From Octopus sinensis (Eukaryota), in NCBI RefSeq assembly GCF_006345805.1, contig NC_042998.1:166036001-166100000 (forward strand): a stretch of DNA of 64,000 nucleotides, read 5' to 3'. The position numbers and the translations under genes were made by a program. The notes below the pieces were generated by a model. That model did no database searches, had not been told where the DNA came from, and saw only the letters and a list, made by a program, of their open reading frames with translations. Shown in pieces: positions 62,540 to 64,000 of this stretch. Each line of letters begins with the position of its first letter. The first letter of the stretch is position 1.

Positions 62540-63090
62540 CTCCTTATACAAAGTTTGACCACCTCCTGTACCTTCACCTTAGCACCATCATGGTGTCTGA
62601 TGTAGCTTTTTAAACCATACAATGTTCTGAAAAGACACCCACATAGATTGCATATCTGATTTGGACCACCAAGACCTGCAGATAAGTTCTACTCTTTGTG
62701 AATCTTAAAATGTCTTTTGAGGCCTCCATTGGATTTGCAAACCTTCTGACATACATTGCATTCAAAGGTGTACACAGACATATAGGCAGAATAGTTGGTG
62801 GAAGTTCGTTTTCCATGTGTTCGCAGATGAGATTTGAGGCCAGCAAAAGACAGGCATGGTCTGTCACATATTGTGCTCACAAAAAGGTCATTGTCATTCA
62901 CCTTCTTGATTGTTAAATTCTTCCTTAGATCTCTTTTGAGTCTTACTTGTGTTATCCTGGCCTCTTCAAATGCTTTCACTCCACTCCACACCTTTGTTCG
63001 CCATCCAACTCGATCCGAAGCAAGGGTTTCTATGCCTTCTGGAACCATTCCAAGTGACTTCATACATATACACACACAGTGGGGTACCCT
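62540..63090 (-). mobile_element. RTE-clade LINE 3' end with C2H2-type zinc fingers
   Basis: ETLASDRVGWRTKVWSGVKAFEE..KRDLRK; CDRPCLSFAGLKSHLRTH; CNVCQKVCKSNGGLKRHFKIH. Confidence 0.8.
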
Positions 63091-63589
63091 TATATGGACA
63101 GTTCTCTAAACAAATAAATTGAGTACTGAACAGTCTTTCTGAAGAAAATTAAACTTGCATAACAAGCTGAATTTAGGTCAAGGAATGATGAGCAAAGCAC
63201 ATACTTATAAGTTGCTGGGAAAGCATATACAAATGATATGCTAAATGAACAAGTTATATAAAGCAAACAGATTTTTTGAAGTAAATCATATTTAGCTAAC
63301 CAGCTGCCTATATCATCCAATGTATCCATTGTGTTAGAATGGTAGGTTAGTTTTGAGGCCTGAAAATTCAAGTGAGAAGTACTAGTTGATTACACTGACT
63401 CTAGTGCTCAGCTGGTACTTATTTTATCAGCCTTGAAAGCATGAAAGGTAAAGTCAAGTGCAGCAGAATTTGAACTCAGAAACCTACCATATAAATATTC
63501 CTTTGTTGGCTTGTGTTATACAGGATATAATTTTCATGTAGCTTGATAAGAAAAACTCATTAAAACAAAACAAGAATGGTTAGGATATC

Positions 63590-63965
63590 GTGGCACTCCA
63601 TTGGTTATGACGATGAGGGTTCCAGTTGATCCAATCAACAGAACAGCCTGCTTGTGAAATTAATGTGCAAGTGGCTGAGCACTCCACAGACATGTGTACC
63701 CTTAACATGGTTTTGGGGGAGATTCAGTGTGACACAGTGTGACAAGGCTAGCCCTTTGAAATACAGGTACAACAGAAACTGGAAGAAAGTGTAAGAGAAA
63801 GTTGTGGTGAAAGAGTACAGCATGGTCCCCCCCCCCCCCCGCTGGAGTCTAGTGGAGCTTTAGGTGTTTTCGCTCAAACACTCATAACGCCTGGTCTGGG
63901 AATCGAAACCACGATCCTATTACTGAGTCTGCTGCACTAACCACTGGGCCATTGTGCCTCCACAG
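63590..63965 (-). mobile_element. SINE family B (CpG-decayed, variant head)
   Basis: GGCACTCCATTGGTTATGACGATGAGGG tail block; GGGAATCGAAACC..CTAACCACTGGGCC head. Confidence 0.8.
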
Positions 63966-64000
63966 GTTGGGATATATGCTACTGAAGTTTGCTACAAAAG

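Overview
AT-rich, repeat-dense animal genomic DNA, most likely octopus (coleoid cephalopod). That call is an inference from the recognisable tRNA-derived SINE families and (CA)n/(TA)n/(CATA)n microsatellites. There are no prokaryotic features and no CRISPR. The only host gene I can support is the 5' part (coding exons 1-4, + strand, 29601-61002) of an SLC5 sodium/sugar (SGLT/SMIT-type) cotransporter. Its exon sizes (93/69/105/60 nt) and phase-0 introns match the vertebrate SLC5A1/A9 layout, and intron 1 is 24.2 kb. The rest is transposon debris: RTE and CR1 LINE fragments, two Penelope-like fragments, many Helitron pieces (one carrying an OTU protease remnant), Tc1/mariner/pogo/hAT elements and MITEs, and about 30 SINE copies. 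The most unusual region is 18.0-24.75 kb. There, one short DINE-1/HINE-like DNA element has been split by four related ORF1-only (RRM plus zinc knuckle, no RT) poly(A)-tailed retroelements. Three sit head-to-tail inside a 10-bp target duplication and one is in the opposite orientation, which suggests a target-specific, Tx1/HAL1-like non-autonomous system. Other observations are minimal hammerhead-like motifs, a tRNA-head/hammerhead chimeric SINE, several intronic inverted repeats, and a CpG-decay gradient that starts inside the gene body. Repeat boundaries were read by eye and are approximate unless an exact motif is quoted.
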